Origin: Camelus dromedarius
Lineage: Eukaryota
NCBI RefSeq assembly: GCF_036321535.1
Contig: NC_087437.1
Location: 20,276,001 to 20,340,000 of the forward strand
Direction: 5' to 3'
Length of the DNA stretch: 64,000 nt
Shown: piece by piece, positions 61,246-64,000 of the stretch
Layout: each line of letters opens with the position of its first letter
Position numbering within the stretch: position 1 is the first letter of the stretch
Notes under the pieces: model-generated
Database searches by the model: none
Told to the model about the DNA's origin: nothing
The model's input: only the letters and a program-made list of their open reading frames with translations
Program-made: the position numbers and the translations under genes

Positions 61246-62094
61246 TGACAACACGAGGGTAACCAAGACAAGATACGACTAATTAAGAGGAAAAAAAGAC
61301 ACAGTGTCCTGCCTTCCTAACTGCCCTTTGCACCAGTCAAAGCTCACTGGCTGGGAGACTTGACAAGTCTATAACTTTCAGGAACCTCGCTTTTCTCCTT
61401 GGTAAAATGGGGCTAGTGGTACAGATCCTGCATGATGTTTATGAGGATTAAATTGTATAACTTTTGCATAGCACCTGGTAGCTATTACTACGATTAGTTT
61501 ATCCAGATAGTAGCCATATTCCATTTGGTAACGATGGGCCTTAAGCCAGCCGGGTCTAGTAGAGATCAGAAACATGCTGTGAACGCAGCTTCATGATAAC
61601 GCAGCTTCATGATAACACATGCACAATGTATGGTTTGAAAAGGTTTTTTAGGTATTTTGTTAATTTCTCACAATGATCTTGGGAGGCTGCTATTGTTAGT
61701 ACCCGCATTTAATAGGCAAACGTGTTACGGTACAAGAGTCCCAGCCCCTGTGCTCCCCTGAATATATCTTTCCATCATAGCACCTGCCAAATGCAATATG
61801 ATCATTATCTGTGCCCATGTCTGCCTTTCGTCCTAGGCTGTGAGAATCTTGAAATGAGGGACCAATGGGAGTCCCCAATGGAGCCCTGCTGGATCACAGA
61901 GGGTTCTGAAAAGTGCTCAGCCAGCCATGACTGAATCAGTTAGTCCATCAAAAGAGGGAAAGCCCAAATCAGAGAAGCAGGTGCTGGCCTGGCCTGATCC
62001 CTGTCCTCTCCCCACCACAGCAACATTATTATTTTTCCTTTCACTTCCTTAAACTCCTCTTGGGCCCACTAAGCCTTCACCAGATGGAATTTAG

Positions 62095-64000
62095 GAACCT
62101 ATTCTAGGTTCCTTGCATTTCTATAAAAATTGTACAATCGGTTTCTCAAAGAAGCTGTAAAGCACCTGCTAGGATTTCAATTGGGATTTTTTGGATCTAT
62201 AGATCAATTTCAGGAGAACTGATATCTTAACAATATTGGGTCTTCAGATCTACTATTCCTTATGTCTTTTTAAAGCATATGTAAGCATATATATACACAT
62301 AAGATACATACATAAACATATATAATCAAATATATTGTTGGTATTACTTCACATAAACTGTTACCTATTATATTAAGAATAAGAAAAATAAAAGTTTTTA
62401 TTTTACCTTCATGTATTCCTTCTTCAACACTCCTCCTTACTTTATGTAGACCCAAGCTACTGATCTATATTATGTGTATTCTCTCTAAGAACTTCTTTTA
62501 ACATTTCTTGCAAGGTAGGTCTACTACTGGCTACAAATTCTACTAATTTTTATTTGTCTGAGAAGGGCTTAATTTCTTCTTCATTTTTGCAGGATAATTT
62601 CACAGGGTACAAAATTCTAGTTTGGTGGGTTTTTTCTCAATACTTTAAATATTTCTCTCCACTCTCTTATTTCTTTCATGGCTTCTGAGAAGTTAGATGT
62701 AATTCCTTGTCTATGTTCCTCTATAGGTAACATTTTTTTCCGCCCTCTGGCTTCTTTCAGGATATTTTTCATGATTTTTTTTTGGGGGGGGGATAGTTTG
62801 AAAATGGTATGTCGACGTGTAATTTTGTTCTCTGAGCTTTCTGGATCTATGGTTTGGTGTCTGACATGAATCTGGGGAAATTCTGGTCATTATTGTTTCA
62901 AATATCTCTTTATGTTCCCTCTTCTCTTCTCTTTCAAGTATTCCCACTACACATATGCTACACCTTTTGTAGTTGTCCCGGAGTCCTTGGATATTCTGTT
63001 CTGTCTTTTCCAGGTTTTCTTCTCTTTGCTTTTCAGTTTTCAGGGATTCTATTGACATATCCTCTAGCTCAGAGATTCTTTCCTCGGTCGTGTCCAGTCT
63101 ACTAATAAGCCTGTCAAAGGCATCCTACATTTTGTTGCAGTGGTTTTAATCTCTGGCATTTATTTTTGGCTCTTTCTTAGGATTTCCGTCTCTGCATACA
63201 TGGCCCATTGTTCTTTAATGCTATCTACTTTTTCCATTAGAGCCCTTAGTACATTGGTCATAGTTGTTTTAAATTCCCAGTCTGATCATTCCAACATCCC
63301 TGCCATGCCTGGTTCTGAGGCTGGCTCTTTCTCTTCAAATTGTGTTTTTTGTCCTTTTTGTATGCCTTGTGATTCTTTTTCCTGATAACAGGACATGATT
63401 TACTGGGTAGAAGGAACTCTAGTAAACAGGCGTTTAGTGATGTGGTGTGAAGGTGTGGGGGAAGGGGAAGTGTTTTGTGGTCCCATAATTAGGTCTCAGT
63501 CTTTTAGGGAGGCTGTATCTCTGGACTGTGAACATCAAAAGAGTTTCTCAGCTTTTTTCTCCCCACTTACGTGGGACAGGATGGGCTAGAACTAGCCTGA
63601 CTTTGTGATTTCTTCCCCCAAGTCAGTAAAACTCTGAAAACACCCCAGCAGCTTAAGCTCTGGTTAAATACTTTCCCCTGAGTGCAAGCCTTGGTAAGAA
63701 GAACAGAACGCTCTGGCAGATTTCAGAATAGTTTCCTTTCCCCTCCTCCTCCAGGAAACACAAGGAAATTTTCTCTGATAGTTACTGTGGGAAGCTGGTC
63801 AAGCTCCTGGAAGTAAATCTCACAATATTTCGAGGTTCCCCCTACGACTCGGTTCTTCTAGAGTTTCTAACTCACAGACTTGTCCACACTGAGCCTCCAG
63901 CAATTAGTCAGTTACAGTTGGAATCTTCCTAGCTCAGCACTGGTTTCCTTGGCAGCTTCTGCTCGTGGGTCTCTGCTCCAGTGAGGCATGATGCCCTGCA
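62095..64000 (-). mobile_element. Old L1M element(s): ORF1 region and 5' part, running off the window end
   Basis: ORF 62711-63058 (KTEKQREENLEKTEQNIQGLRDNYKRCSICVVGILEREE...EIFETIM) resembles the L1 ORF1p coiled-coil/RRM junction. 62095-62250 is an ORF2-like piece. Heavily frameshifted. Confidence 0.8.

Noticed and set aside
32000..64000. A second protein-coding gene, or CRISPR/prokaryote-like system, downstream of CLSTN2
   Set aside because: No exon chain, regular repeat-spacer array or non-transposon protein similarity seen. All recognisable ORFs are L1 or hAT debris.

Overview
Mammalian genomic DNA, most likely a camelid, because three copies of a tRNA-Ala-derived Vic-1-type SINE are present. 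The first half holds the 3' part of calsyntenin-2 (CLSTN2) on the + strand. Eight GT-AG coding exons (958-20962, 1361 nt, about 453 C-terminal residues) splice in frame. They encode the rest of the ectodomain, the transmembrane helix and the acidic cytoplasmic tail with two WDDS kinesin-light-chain motifs. Exon numbers 10-17 follow the human gene from memory. A roughly 11 kb 3' UTR is inferred, ending at AATAAA 31922. The remaining ~32 kb is intergenic and made mostly of old transposon fragments (L1, L2, MIR, MaLR/ERVL/ERV1 solo LTRs, hAT elements). Repeat family names are recognised by eye and need RepeatMasker confirmation. I see no new protein-coding gene and no convincingly novel biological system. 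The best leads are regulatory: a double hairpin abutting the distal poly(A) signal, a duplicated out-of-frame acceptor at exon 14, a possible intronic-polyadenylation isoform lacking the second kinesin motif, clustered in-frame splice sites at the exon 12/13 junction, and strong CTCF and RFX motifs.
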